The notes under the pieces are model-generated. The model did no database searches and was not told the origin of the DNA. It saw only the letters and a list, made by a program, of their open reading frames with translations. The translations under genes were made by a program, and so were the position numbers. From Octopus vulgaris (taxonomy: Eukaryota), in NCBI GenBank assembly GCA_951406725.2, contig OX597835.1, positions 50,344,001-50,408,000 on the forward strand: a stretch of 64,000 bases of DNA, written 5' to 3'. Positions 12,781 through 27,121 of this stretch are shown here, in pieces. Each line of letters starts with the position of its first letter. The first letter of the stretch is position 1.

Positions 12781-13090
12781 TGCCTTTGCACAGCTTCTAA
12801 TGCTGGAGATGTATTACAGTGTCAGCTGTTCACTATGAGTGAACTAAGGTAACACCTCTTATTTCCGGAGTATTCGAGCGGTTCCAAGCAATGCTGTTTT
12901 CTGCAAGTGCTCCACACTTATTGCAGCCCCTATTTGTTCCATGTACTTCTCGAGATTTTTGCTCACTGTTTCCAGGGCTCTGACAATTAATGGTACTACT
13001 GCTACCTTTTTCATCGACCACAACTGCTTAACTTCCCAAGCTAACCTGTCATATCTCTCGACTTTTCTTTCTTCCTTATCGCATACCTTG

Positions 13091-13093
<3 letters not shown>
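12781..13093 (-). mobile_element. 5'-truncated R4/Dong-like retrotransposon, family 2
   Basis: DKVCDKEERKVERYDRLAWEVKQLWSMKKVAVVPLIVRALETVSK...LQKTALLGTARILRK* is a restriction-like endonuclease C-terminus; (TTA)n on both sides. Confidence 0.8.
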
Positions 13094-13146
<53 letters not shown>

Positions 13147-14330
13147 TTAGTGCCCTTTGTCTGGAATCTTTTGTCACAATCCTGAGACCTCTTTGGTGAT
13201 TCTCCATCCCATGTGTCCCCTCCTAATAACAAAGCTGAAGTGGAGACCAAATATATAGTGCATGTGGTTAATTGGCCAAAATATGACCATCCTCAAATAT
13301 AACAATATCTGTTTCAATGCGATTTTGCTTTAAGAATCTTGCAAAACAAATACACACACTTAGTTCAGAATAAATTAACATTTATTTACTTCATTATCTA
13401 TTTCTAATTTTGTGATTAATTTGATCTTTTTTTTCTCTTTTATAAAATTAACATATCAGTGGGTTTAATATCTCTACAAATTTTTAGTTTGTTTAGGAGT
13501 TGGCATAGTCAAGTGATTGAGAAGTTCATTTTGCAACTACATCATCATCATTAAACGATGATGATGATGCTGATGATGATGATAGTTTTAGCTTCAGTTT
13601 CACTATGTGTGTATCTATGTATTTATGTATGTGTGTATGTGTCTTTGTTTTTGCATCCCTCCCTTGACAACTGGTGTCAGTTTGTTTACATCCCTGTAAC
13701 TTGGCAGTTCAGCAAAAGAGACCTACAGAATAAATACTAGGCTTAAAAATGTAAGTACTGGGGGTCAATTTGTTTGAGTTGAACCTTCCAAGGCAGTGCT
13801 GCTCCAGCATGGCCACAGTCCAATGACTGAAATAAGTGAAAGAAAAATCTCATGATCAACAAAAAAAAACCCCATTCCAGCCATAATGATCCAATCAGAA
13901 ATTCCTCTCTTCATTATATCCCCCACCATTTCTTTTTTTTTTTTTCATCTCTAACAACAGGTTGTATTATTTGAGGATGATTTAGCTACTACTTCTAGTT
14001 AATTCGAATGACCATGGAGAATCTCCCTTGTTTCACTCAATTAATATGATAGGGTTTATGAAGGCAATGAAAAAGCAGAAACATTACCGTGATGGGCAGA
14101 ATGCTTTAGTAGCGTCTGTTTTGACTAAACAGTCTGAGTTCAAATTCTGTCATGGTTAACTTTGTCTTTTATCCTTTCAGGGATAAAATAAGAACCAGTT
14201 GATCACTGGGGTTGATTAATTGAGTAGCCCCTTCCCCCTTCCCCAAATTGCTGGCCTTGTACCCAAATTTGAAACCAAAATATATCTGTTTATGATTTCT
14301 GATTTAATATGTCTGCTGTTATGTTTCCAG

Positions 14331-14452
14331 TTATGAAACCCATCTCTGCTCATGCCAAAGTGATACTGAATAAAAATGGAGGGTTCAAAGTTCCTAAGAT
14401 ATTTTCAGACCTATCTCTGGAAGACATTGAAGTTAGATTTTCACGGCAACAG
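14331..14452 (+). CDS. VPS13: VPS13 exon 6
   Basis: tttccag acceptor; (I)MKPISAHAKVILNKNGGFKVPKIFSDLSLEDIEVRFSRQQ; GTAAGA donor. Confidence 0.92.
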
Positions 14453-16667
14453 GTAAGATTGTTTGTTTTACCTTTTAGTGTTTTAGTCTTTTTTTTTTTA
14501 CTCCTCATTCCATTCTTAATGTTGCTGCTGTTGATGTTATTGTTGGTACTTAGCTCCAGGGTAACCCTGATAAAGTTGATTTAGGGTGAAAGTAATTCTG
14601 TTTTCATCATCTTCATCTTTTAACATTCATGTTCCATGTTGGCATGGGTTGGATGGTTTGATGGGATCCAGAAGATTCAAGGACTCCATTGTGCTCCACT
14701 TTCCGCTTTGGCAGGGTTTGTATGATTGGATCCCCTTAAAATCAACAACCACTTTTCAGTGTGTACTGAGTGCTTTTTTCAGTGGCACCAGCACCAGTGA
14801 GGTTGCCATGCAGCTTATGAGACTACAATCCTTTTCAACTGATTGAGTTTACAGTTGAAAAAGGCAGCTTTGAAGTGTGAAAGAAGGGACCAGAATAGTA
14901 TAGGTTTGTTGCTGTAAAGATGTGGCACGACTGATTGCATTATAAAAGAGAAGGTAGAAGTAACAAGGGTGGGACAGGAAAGAGTTAAGTAAATAGTAAG
15001 AGGAAGTATCTTTCAAGGTATGGGGTGATTAGAATGAGTGGGGACAGGAGAATAGGGAGTATGGGTGGGTAGAAGCTGCATGAGTGTAAGGGGGAGAGTA
15101 AGAGATGGTAAGAGATAGGGAATGGGTAAATATAATCAATGAAGAGCCTCAGTGGATGCATGGTTGATGATAAATGTACATTGGAGGAGGTATCTTACTA
15201 CTATTTTTAGCTGGTTGATTGCCTGAATGGAAGTCTCTTGTCTTGTGTTTATTATTACCAGCCTAATTCCTCTCCCAAGGTTCAATAATTAATTTTACTT
15301 TAATTGCAATTCTAAGAGATGGTAACAATGATGATTCCTTTAACAGATGGGGATCATTGTTGGCCCTGATTGAATAGACCTGTGATTACATCCACTCTAG
15401 CCATGGCCATCCTGTCTTTTTTTTTTCCGCTGGCATAATGTAGCTTCTGTCTTATTATCCAATTTATTTTCACTTTATTTAAGATGCCAGAATGTTATTT
15501 GAGTGGAATTGTAACCAATTCCACTCAAATACAAGTCAGATGAACAGCCTGGTAAAAAGACTCCTTCATTGGTTTGATGTACAAATCATCAGCATATCAA
15601 TTACCTATTCCCCACTCCTTTCTACTCTAGGCACAAGGCTTGAAATATTTGGGGAGAGGGCCAGTCGATTAGACTGACCCCAGTATGCAACTGCTACTTA
15701 ATTTATCCACCCCGAAAAGATAAAAGGCAAAGTCTGCCTCAGCAGAATTTGAACGTAAAGACAGACGAAATACCACTAAGCATTTCGCCCGGTATGCTAA
15801 TGTTTCTGCCAGCTTGCTGCCTTACCTACTCCTCAGTATTGAGGTATCCAACCTTAGGCCCCACAGATCACTGGCTTATAGATTGGCCTTAAGCTGGTCC
15901 TGATTGAACATATGTATCTAATGTTGGCAGGAGTAAAATACATACAAGCGCAATAAAAGAACCTCCCATATTTTAGATGGTCAAGAAGGAGGCATCTAGG
16001 ATTTTTTTAATGCATCTTGAATATCAGTAAAATACACAATCAGCATCTCTTCATAATTTAATTAAAGTGACCTATAGGAGCAGGGGTGGAAGTTTACTTT
16101 CTGGCCATAAAGTTGTGGGTTTAGTCTCACTGATTGGCATCTTGGACAAGGCCAAATATTCTGCTCAATACCACAAATTTGCTTGTCCATTGTTTGACCT
16201 TAACCAGTTGAGCGTGTCCCTTAGTGACTGATAATATGTACACAGGAGTAGGAGTAGTGGGGGAGCATCATAGCCATATATTGAGAGGGACTCTTTTTGG
16301 TTTGAATAATTAACCTTTGGAAACATAGATGTTTTGTTCATCAACCTTAAGCAAACCATATTCAAGGACCTTTTGAGTGGAGTGGGTTACTCAACCTGAA
16401 GAAACTTCTAACAGGGCCCCACCTGCAAGGTCATGTACTGTTTATCTTGATATGAGATGACCATGTTGTGCACATATGGTTGTGATGCATATGCCTCATG
16501 TACCTTTATCAGACAGGTAGTCATGATGGGTATATTGGGCATCGTATATTCTACCCCAGCATCACTTTGATGGTATGTGTTGCTCTCTCACTCAGTAATA
16601 ATAATAATAATGATGATGATGATGATGATGATAACAATAATGATTACTTTTTGTCCTCTCCCTACAG

Positions 16668-16849
16668 TTACTGAATATGATTAATTTAGTTGATTCCTTC
16701 CAAATGATGGCTGTCAACAGAAAGTACCGCAAATACCATCCAAATGTTCCATTGAAGGTGAGCCCACAAGCATGGTGGATTTATGCTTACAATGCAATTC
16801 TTGAAGAAAGAATTCGACCTTTCTCCTGGGAAAGAATTTTGAAACACAG
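16668..16849 (+). CDS. VPS13: VPS13 exon 7
   Basis: ctacag acceptor; LLNMINLVDSFQMMAVNRKYRKYHPNVPLKVSPQAWWIYAYNAILEERIRPFSWERILKH(R), with the conserved YRKYxP...WWxYA...W; GTGAGA donor. Confidence 0.95.
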
Positions 16850-19800
16850 GTGAGATCTTCCTATTTTTATACCTGTATACCCTCCACCTATATTATGTAA
16901 TTCATGTTGTTGTTTAGCTGTAACTCTTCTGCTGTTTTGTTTTCAGTGTATCAGATGTCTTTGAGTGTGCTGGGGCCACATGCTTGTGACTGCAGGGTTG
17001 TGACTGAGTGCGACTGACCTTCAGTCTAATAACATTCTCACCATGCAATGTCAGTTAGTCATTAATCAATACATGTTAGAATAAACAGATGAATATATCA
17101 CAATTTGAACAGCAAAGGTTTTGCAAGAGTGACACATTTGTGTGAAATTCTCTTCACGTTGGGAAACAACTTTTACTCAGACACGGCTGACAATTGTTTT
17201 GAGTTGGAAGCAAGATTACAGGTGCCACCAACACTTCAAATTGGGAACACCATCCACTGAGGACGATGCTAAAAGGATGATCTTTTATCAGTTATCTTTT
17301 GCTTGCTTCAGTCATTAAGCTGTGGTCATGCTGGGGCACTGTCTTGAAGAATTCTAGTCAAATGAACCAACCCCAGTACTTATTATTTTTTGTGAAATCT
17401 GGTACTTATTCTATCTGATCTTTTTTGCCAAACCACTAAGTTATGGGAACATAAACACACCAACACCACACACACACACACACAAACACATAAACACACA
17501 TGCACACACTCATAAGTGTATACATACATACATACATATATATGTATATATATATGACGGGCTTCTTTCAGTTTCCATCTACCAAATCCACTCAGAAGTC
17601 TTTGGTTGGTCTGAGGCTATAGTAGAAGATACTTGCCAAGGTGCCACACAATGGGATTGAACCTGGTTGGGAAGCAAGCTTTTTTCTTTTCTTTATTTTT
17701 GAGTGGCAGGGATATGTGAAGGAAGAGTCTTTAGGCATCAACAAACAAAAACTGGATGCTGCACCATAGTAACACACCTGCTCATGTATCACTCATTATC
17801 TGTGAGGCTTTTGGTGAAGCATGAAATGATTCTTGTTTCCCTGGTACCTTACTCTTCAGAATTGGCCCATGCTTGCAAAGTTTACCCGTTTCAGATGATT
17901 GAAGAGATCAGAGAAAAATTAGCAATGAGAACTGTGTACTAACCCTGAAAACCTATTTCAGGGAATGTTTGAAAGCATTAACAATGTTGTATCAGTTGAG
18001 GTGGAACCTATTTTGAAAGAGACAAGATTAGATTCTAGGTAAAGCAATATATTTGATTTTTTTTTAAATCTGTTTTTTTTTTTTATATAGATCTCACATC
18101 CATACCTATTAATATAGGTATGGATGTGGGTCTGTCATCATCATCATCCTCATCGTTTAATGTCCATTTTCTATGCTGACATGGATTGGATGGTTTGACC
18201 AGAGCTGGCAAGCAGGAAAGCTGCACCAGGTTCCAGTCTGACTTGGCCTCTTTTCTGCAGCTGGATGCCCTTCCGAAGGCGAACCACTGAACAGTGTGTG
18301 CTGGGGGCTTTTAATGTAGCACTGGCATTAGTGCATTTTATGTGGCACCAGCCCAGAGCCCTTGCAAGCCAATCCCCTTTATCAGAGAGAGAGAGAGTGA
18401 CATTGACACTTCTGTTGTAGAGTATGAGTCTTCTTGTGTACAGCAAGTCATTAGCTGTCTAATGGTAGTGTAATATGAGAGAGATTTGGCTGCCATTTCT
18501 TGCAGTCCAAGTGGCCACATAGAATCTTCCTCTTTGGCTCATGCTAGCAGTGTTGTGGTTCTATCATTGTGTGTAGTGTGTTGTTGGTATTATTGTTGTT
18601 CATGTTGTTCCAGTGCTGCTCTGACTATCATCAAAGCCTTTCTAACCAAGACTCTTCCATCTTTTTGCATGTTTTGGACAGCTTTATCCAAAGTAATTTT
18701 TGCTTTCATTTAAGATGGTAGGGTGTGATTCGAGGGAAACTTGACTGCCATTTCTTGCTGTTTGTGTGATTGCTTGCACGCTCCCTCAGTGGAGCAAAGT
18801 ATATCCATCTTGATTCTTTGTAACTCATTAGAAGTAGGATGTGTGCGTGTGTGAGAGAGAGAGAGAAAGAAAGAAAGTGTGTGTGTATGTGAGAGAGTGT
18901 TGTGAGTGTGTGAGAGAGAAAGAGAGAGAGTATGATGTGTATGTGTGTATGTATGAGTGTATCCATGAGAGAGAGAGAGATTGTGAGTGCATGTGAATCG
19001 TGTGTGTATGTAAGTGTGTTTGTGTGAGTGTGTGTTTGTGTGAGTGGGTGTGCCAATCAATAATCAATACAGCTAATATTGAACTGTTAGCTGTAGAACC
19101 TGCTATGTACACTTTGTTACAAACATTCTTGCATATATATATATCATGTTGCCACTTTCTCTTGTTGTTACTAAGGTAACAGATATTGCTAGGCAGATCC
19201 AGTTGATGAGAACAAATATTGAAACGGGGGATTAAAGGTTTTATTATTATCAGATTAGTAAGTGATGGTTTTAGCAGATAGAATCAATAGAATCAATCAG
19301 AAAACATACTTGGTAGTATTTGTTCAGGTTCTTTGTGTTCTGAGTTCAAATCCCAACATGGTCAACTTTGCCTTTTATCCCTCTAGAGTCAATAAAATAA
19401 GGTATCAGTCAAAGAATTGGAATTGTCAGAATCAATCAATCCACTCCTCTTAAAAATGCCAAATTAGAAAGAATTATTATTATCATTTCAGTTCTTCTGA
19501 GTAATTTGGTAAGAGCAAACAGGCAACAACCTGCTGTCAAGGGTCTTACAGGGTTGGTAAAATTGTTAAATCTGGAGGTATTCATTTCAGCTCTTTACAT
19601 TCTGATGTCAAATCTTACTGGGGTCAACTTTGCCTTTCATCATCGTTTAACGTCCGCTTTCCATGCTAGCATGGGTTGGACGATTTTGAATGAGGGCTGG
19701 TGAACCAGATGGCTGCACCAAGCTCCATTCTTGATCTGGCAGAGTTTCTACAGTGGGATGCCCTTCCTAACACCAACCACTCCGAGAGTGTAGTGGATGC

Positions 19801-22426
19801 TTTTTATGTGCCACTGGCACAGGGGCCAGTTAGGCAGTACTGGCAATGACCTCGCTTGAATCTTTTTACACATATGCCACCGGCACAGGTGCCAGCAATT
19901 TATAAAATAAAGTACCAGTGAAATACTGAGGTTGCTGGTAGTAATTAACAGCTTCTCCTCCCAACTACTAACCTCATGCCTAAGTCAGAAACCACGATAA
20001 CAGTTTCAACTTGGAAAAGATGATAAATACATATTTTTTTGAGTAGAAATCTGTGGTGATAAACCTGTCACTTAGAAGTATTATCACTATACATAAATCT
20101 TAACTCAGGCTGTGTAAACGCCATGATGGATTATATACCAAGACGCTGAATGTGCATGTATGTTGAAGATAAATAAGCTCACTCTTTTTCACCACAAAAA
20201 TAACAGTTTTTATAGTTGCAGAAATAAATTTCATTAACAGGTTGAAGAAAATGAAGAAAGTGAAATTATTTACTAAATTAGTTTATTTGCATATATTTAA
20301 TATTTACAGTACATTATTATAAGTCTAAAAAGAAAACAGTTGTAGAGAATTACGGCATAAATTTATATTAACTAATTCTTCCATACTAAGCTACTAGAGT
20401 TCTACACAAAAATTCAAAATAGCCTTGTTGAGTTAAGTAATAGACATGACATAACAATAACCAATATCTCAAAGGAGTGAGTGTCATGGAAATGAGTGAC
20501 AATGAACGAACACTGAGTGTGAGTGTCGTGGAGTCGAGTGACAACCAACCAACCAACCAACCAACATACACTGATTAATTTCCCAAAAATCAGGGTTTTT
20601 ATAACTGCTCATACCTGAATTCTAAGAACCTTATTTCATAAAAGATTTCTCTTTGACGAAAGTTTAGAATTCAAATATGGGCAGTAATTTTAACCAATGG
20701 GAACCTAACAATCATACCTATTTGGGCAACATGACCATTACATCATATTTCTGCTGATAAAGGTTTAGTATGACTTGGTGTCACTACACCACTATCAAAT
20801 AACAGGCTTTTATATGAATAAATTGTTTCTCTAAATAATTGTTATTTCATTTAATGTTTTTATTTAAAATGAGAGCAGAGGGAATTGTCTATAAAATATG
20901 GATCATGTGACATTTGGAACTCACTTTGCATCCATTTGGTTTTGAGTTGGGCAAGAGTCTTCTATAATAGTGGTTAGTCAACCAATGTTTTGTAAGTGGA
21001 TTTGGTTCATGGAAACTGTATGGAAGCTTATGATATATGTAAGTTGTGTGTGCATCTTTGATTTGTCCTCCTCTACTGCCACTTGATAACCAGTATCACA
21101 TAAAAGCACCCATGTAAAAAGACACCCAAGATGCTCTGTGAAGTGGTTGGCATTAGGAAGGGCATCCAGCTGTAGAAACCATGCTACCAAAACAGACAAT
21201 TTGAACCTGGGCAGCTCTCCAGATCCTGTCAAATCATTCAACACATGCCAGCATGGAAAATGGATGTTAAATGATGATGATGATGATGATGAACTTAGTT
21301 TTTCAGCAAAAGAGACTGATAGAATAATTTTTTTACTTCAAAATGTGTACTGGGATTGATTTTCTCAACTAAACCCTTCTAGGTCGTGCCCAAAGACCTT
21401 GTAGTATAGGGCACCACTTTGAAGTCACTGGATGCTGCTGTTCAGTGACCAAAACAAGTAAACGATAAAGGGTTCCATCTGTTTGGAGAAATCATCTAAA
21501 GGATTCTGTGGCAAGATTCTGGTCTAGTAAATATATCACTAACCCCAAAGTCACTCACTCTCCAAAGTCATCTCTGCATTTTTAAAATTCCTTTTAATTG
21601 TTTAGTGAGGGAAGGAAAGGAAGTCTTGTGGCCTTTTTTCAGAGTCTTTATGAACTGTTGGGAAGAAAGGGAAAAGTTATACTCAGACTGGAGAGCTGGC
21701 CTGAGTTTTTGCAACAGACTATATTTTGGCTAAAAGCACTAAGGACCAGGTATTAATGTAGATGATAAAGTCTTACTTTGCCTTGGTTCCTCAATCCCTT
21801 TGAAGGACTCATAGTTGTGCCATTGTGACATACAGCATGTCTTGAATACTTTTTAGAATTGTTGGAGCTCATCTCTCTCAAGGTCTGACCACAGCAAATT
21901 TATTCTTGTAAAGAGAAAAAGACAAAGAAAAACAAAAGAATTGACCTGAGTACATTAGTATAACCCCCCCCACACACACACACACACACAAAACAAATTA
22001 ATGAAAGACAGTTAACTCTGACAATATTTGAAGTCATGTAGAGATCTGAAGCAATTACTTCAAGGCAATCTATTGGCACTCTAACGACTCTGCCAACTAT
22101 TCACCAGATTAAGTCTACCACCCTAGAATAGAAACAACTCCTGTAGGGGGCATCTTCACAGTTTCTGTCCACAGTACCCTAGGCAGGTGTGTTTTTTCAC
22201 CATAGCACTAGAATGACCAAGTACTACGGGGGAAAACACTTACCCAAGATGCAAACCTGATAATGTGTAACTGTGAAGCAAACTTTTAACCAGACAGCCA
22301 TACTTGAATCCATTTTTCTCTTTGCCACTGTAGTTACTCCCTTTTAATACTTTGAAACTCTTTATTTAAGTTTTGTCTGTTGCTATTGGTTACTATATAA
22401 TAATAATAATAATAATCTATTTTCAG

Positions 22427-22571
22427 GACAAATTACAAAAAATACAAGGACTTATACAAGAAACATATTGAATTTCCAATTGACGTATCTTTCAAGGATA
22501 AATTATTGGAAGTAGAAGAAAGTTTGGACATTTTCAACATATTCCTTGCAAGAGAACATGCTAAGCTTGAG
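22427..22571 (+). CDS. VPS13: VPS13 exon 8
   Basis: tttcag acceptor; TNYKKYKDLYKKHIEFPIDVSFKDKLLEVEESLDIFNIFLAREHAKLE (conserved LExxLDxFNIxLAR); GTAACA donor. Confidence 0.93.
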
Positions 22572-23735
22572 GTAACAACTGACAAAACAGTTTGGGTTTT
22601 CTCATGGCCATTTATTTCAGCCTTGTATTTCATGGATGGGACGCATAAGAAAGTTAGGAGTGTGTGTAGATGAATGCATATGTGTGTTTGTGTATTCAAA
22701 TGTATGTATAAATCTGTGTACGTATGTATGTGTGTATAAATAAGTATGTGTGTGTGTGTGTGTGTATATCTATACGTATATCTTTTTTACTCTTTTATTC
22801 ATTTCAGCCATGCGGCTGCTGGAGCAGCACTGTCTTGCAGATTTATATTTGTATTTCATAAGAACTTTGTCAAGAAAACCAAAATAATAAAAAAAGAAAT
22901 AACATGACACTTCATGAATGAAGTTCTGGGAATAAGAATAGAGTATATATTAATGTGCACCTTCCGACATGAGTGTGTACTCATCTGAATCATTGTGTGA
23001 CAGCATGCATAAGGGCATACCTGTGTAGGTCAATGTGTGTCTGGATTAATCAGTGTTTGGTGCTAATGTTTCCTGATATATTTCTGTATATGTTTCTTTA
23101 TTACCCACAAGGGGCTAAACATAGAGGGGACAAACAAGGACAGACAAACGGATTAAGTCGGTTACATTGACCCCAGTGTGTAACTGGTACTTAATTTATC
23201 GACCCTGAAAGGATGAAAGGCAAAGTCGACCTCGGCAGAATTCGAACTCAGAACGTAACGGCAGATGAAATACAGCTACGCATTTTGCCCGGCGTGCTAA
23301 CGTTTCTGCCAGCTCACCACCCTAATATATATATTCCTGATGTATTTCTGTACATTATATCACAATTTGTGGACCATGGCATTGGTCACATGTTTCCAGT
23401 GGTATGTCAGGAGTTGTTCATCATCATTATCATCATTCAACATCCATTTTGCATACTGGCATGAGTTGGATGGTTTGACAGAGAGTGGGGAGCTGGTGAG
23501 CTGTGCCAGGCTCCAATTGTCTGTTTTGGCTAGGTTTCTACAGCTGGATGCCTTTCCTGACACCAAACCACTTTACAGAGTGTACTGGATGCTTTTCTTG
23601 TGACACCAGCACTGGTGCTTTATATATGGCATCGGCACCAGTGGGGTTAGCAAGTATCTTGCAAGACAGAGAGCTCTCAGCTCAGGGATGAAAGCAAGGA
23701 AAGTAGCTGTGTGCCAGATGAGAGGTTAGAGTATA

Positions 23736-24230
23736 ACAGTGTGTAAGAAAGCCTTTATTTTGTCTTGTCTTTGGTCAGTAAGTATTATTTCCTATTTGCT
23801 TCTATCTAAAAATCAAAGGAAATGACTTCTACTCCCTTCAAACTTTGTCTTTGTGACCTGGACACCAATGTTTTGAAACTGACCTATATTTTCCATTGCA
23901 TTTCCAACAAATTCAGTATTGATTTGCTAAAGCAGAAATATCGTTATAGCAAATACTCTGTTCAAAACCACAGATTTGCTTGTCAGTTGTTTGACCATAA
24001 CCATTTGAACATGTCCCTTAGTGGCTGACAATATGTGCATCTCTGATCATGAGCAGGAGTAGTGGAGAAGCATCATAGCCATGTGTTGAGAGGGATTCTT
24101 TGGGGTTCATATAAATATCATAACAAAAGCATAGTTTAAAGGAAATATTAGCCCTTTTTCATACTCTCTAGGGGAAGCAAATTGGAAATAACAGTTGCTA
24201 CCCAAGGACAAAAATTATATTACACAGTGT
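23736..24230. mobile_element. About 490-bp TIR element (Tc1/mariner-type MITE); second copy at 53624-54114
   Basis: Two aligned copies; CACTG...CAGTG termini with imperfect subterminal inverted repeats; TA at both ends, interrupting other repeats. Confidence 0.65.
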
Positions 24231-24769
24231 AATAGAGGGACAGATATAGTTCTCTTATAGTGGAGATATATGGCTTCCCCTGTAGGACAAGGAAGGAGAG
24301 GAAGGAGTTAGAGAGAGTCAAGGTGAAAGAGAGAGAAAGTGAGCGAGGGAGAAATAGATGGTGTTGGGGATGTATTAGGTTTACCCACAGGGAACTTGGG
24401 TGGGGTTACAGAGGGGATAGGGAGGGATGTTACATAAGAGTCTGAGAGATGTGTACAGATGGGGAAGATGGGAGATGTGTACAGATGGATCAGATAGGTG
24501 GCCCTTTTCTAGATGCAGCCTCAGATATCTATGTATGCAGTAACAGCACAAATAACAGATACAAGTTGAAAGTTCCGTAGCATATCAGTAATTGTTGGAG
24601 GCTGAAAAAGCTTCGGCCCACCCACCAAAAATATAGAAGAGACGGGTCAATCATTAGTCCTAGCTATGTTGATGTACTTTTACTGGCTTACCTACATGGA
24701 ATTTAAACTTGAAATGCAAAATACTGGAACAGGTACCCCAAGACTCCTCAACTGACATTTAACAGTTTT

Positions 24770-25556
24770 ACAAGAATGGATGAAGATAGGTGTGTGAAAA
24801 AGTGCCAATCCCTAGCAGTTGAGGGAACCCATGGAAGAGGTAGACCCAGGAAAACCTGGGACGAGGTGGTGAAGCACCACCTTCGAACTTTAGGCCTCAC
24901 CGAGGCAATGACCAGCGACCGAGAACTTTGGAAATATGCTGTGCGTGAGAAGACCAGGCAGGACAAGTGAGTCCAGCCCACTTATGCATGTCTTTCCTCC
25001 CTTGGACACACAAAGACCTGTTGAGGCAAGTGAAGTCGAAATCGAACCTCATCCGATGACAGGCACCCATGCCAACCCCCCTTCTCTGCTTGTGAAGTTG
25101 GGGCAAGTGAAATCGGAATCGTAATTGAACCAATCCTATGACTGGCACCCAGCAGTGCCAGAACCCCTGGACTGGTGGTATGTAAAAAGCGCTATCCGAA
25201 TTGTGGCCGATGCCAGCATCGCCTTGACTGGCTTCCATGCCAGTGGCACGTAAAAAGCACCATCCGAATCGTGGATGATGCCAGTGCCGCCTCGACTGGC
25301 TCCCGTGCCGGTGGCACGTAAAATGCACCAATCCGATTGTGGCCGTTGCCAGCCTCACCTGGCACCTGTGCAGGTGGCACGTAAAAAGCACCCACTACAC
25401 TCACGGAGTGGTTGGCGTTAGGAAGGGCATCCAGCTGTAGAAACACTGCCAGATCAGACTGGAGCCTGGTGCAGCCTTCTGGCTTCCCAGATCCCGGTCG
25501 AACCGTCCAACCCATGCTAGCATGGAGAACGGACGTTAAACGATGATGATGATGAT
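24770..25556 (+). mobile_element. RTE-clade LINE 3' end, younger copy; many shorter tail-only copies (about 11718-11940, 14605-14800, 18135-18340, 19637-19895, 21095-21290, 23418-23640, 48500-48780, 59150-59480)
   Basis: ORF MDEDRCVKKCQSLAVEGTHGRGRPRKTWDEVV...; tandem units of about 60 bp in the 3' UTR; (GAT)n tail; CpGs retained. Confidence 0.8.
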
Positions 25557-26566
25557 TTAGTGGAGAAGAATAATTGATTAATCAGTTCCAGTCATTGATT
25601 CGTACTTATTTTATCAGCCCCAGAAATATGAAAGTCAGCTGTGACAGCATTTAAACCAAGTAGTTCTCAACTGGGGTCCACTTGTCCCTTGGGAGTCCTT
25701 ATAAGATTTCATTCTTAAAAATTATGTGCAATAAATCAGTTACAATAAACAAAATGTTTTAATGATTTTTCTAATACGATTCCTAACAATATAAAAATAT
25801 AATGGGATTTGTTTTAAACTTCAAATGGCTCTGAAGGTCCAGTAGAATGAAATCTGAATCAGAGGGATCCATAAGGAAAAAATGATCGAGAACCATTGGT
25901 TTAAATTAAGAAAATAAAAGGACATTGCTAAATATTGCATGGTGTTTTGTCTTTGACTCTGACACTTCTACCACTACTCTTATCTCATGAAATAATGGTT
26001 TCAAGTTTTGGAGCAAGGCCAGCAAGTTTAGTGGAACAGGTAAGTCAATTACTTCATCCCCAGGGTTCAACTTGTACTCATCAACCCTGAAAAGATGAAA
26101 AACAAAATCAACCTTGGCAGAATTTGAACTCAGAAGTAGACTGATGAAATGCTACAAAGCATTGTGCCCTGTGTGCTAACAATTCTGCCAGCTGGCTGCC
26201 TTATATATCATGAAATAATAACAGCCATTGTTGTTAGATATGATCAGAGAGACCTACAATCAAAAGTATTCCAGCCGTAACCATCTCTTGCTTATGTCTA
26301 TCTAGATTTACATTATCCAACAATTATTCCTTCCTTTTATTTTGAAGGCAATATGTTATTTGAAGGAAATTTGGCTGCTTTTTCTAGCACTTCTAGAGAT
26401 TACATAGAGCTTATCTTGTTAATTATCTCATGTGAAAAGTGGTTGTTGTTAGGAAGAGCATCCAGCTGTAGAAACCATGCCAAAGCATAGAACTTGGTGG
26501 AACTCTTGGGCTTGTATTTTCATGTCAAACTGTCCAACATGGAAAAAAAAGAACATTAAATTATGA

Positions 26567-26624
<58 letters not shown>

Positions 26625-26684
26625 CCTCTTTGACATTGTTTTGTTCTTGTTTTTTATTTAATATATTTTTTTATTTGTACCCAG

Positions 26685-26793
26685 CTGAAGAAAACAGAAA
26701 ATGAAAAAGTCACAAAACCAGAAAAGAAAAAAGGCTGGCTTAGTTGGATATTTGGTTCCGAGGAGGATTCTGATTATGAAAATGATAAAACCG
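26685..26793 (+). CDS. VPS13: VPS13 exon 9
   Basis: cccag acceptor; LKKTENEKVTKPEKKKGWLSWIFGSEEDSDYENDKT (conserved GWxSWxxG); GTATTT donor. Confidence 0.9.
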
Positions 26794-27026
26794 GTATTTT
26801 GATATTAATTTCTTTGCACCTAGATTTAAATTTAATTTCTGTTTACTATAACGGTCCCCCTTAACACTTAAGAATTGCTACTTTATTTAAATCTCTTACA
26901 ATAAATATTCTTGATTGAAAAAATATCATAGAAAACTGTAAAATGCAATTACTTTTCTCTGTTTTTGTTTTCCTTTTTTTCTCTATTATGTCTTAATTTT
27001 TTACTCTCTTTTTTTTTTTTGTCTAG

Positions 27027-27121
27027 ACTGGTTTTCTAAACTTTCTATTGATGAGAAGGAACAGCTCTACAGAGGTATCGGATATGACGAGAATGCCAAC
27101 ATATATGATATACCCCGTGAG
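27027..27121 (+). CDS. VPS13: VPS13 exon 10
   Basis: Poly-T plus ctag acceptor; (D)WFSKLSIDEKEQLYRGIGYDENANIYDIPRE (conserved EKxxLYxxIGYxE); GTAAAA donor. Confidence 0.93.

Noticed and set aside
17185-17265. AAAACAATTGTC on the - strand, resembling a hammerhead stem III
   Set aside because: No CUGANGA core upstream on the same strand.
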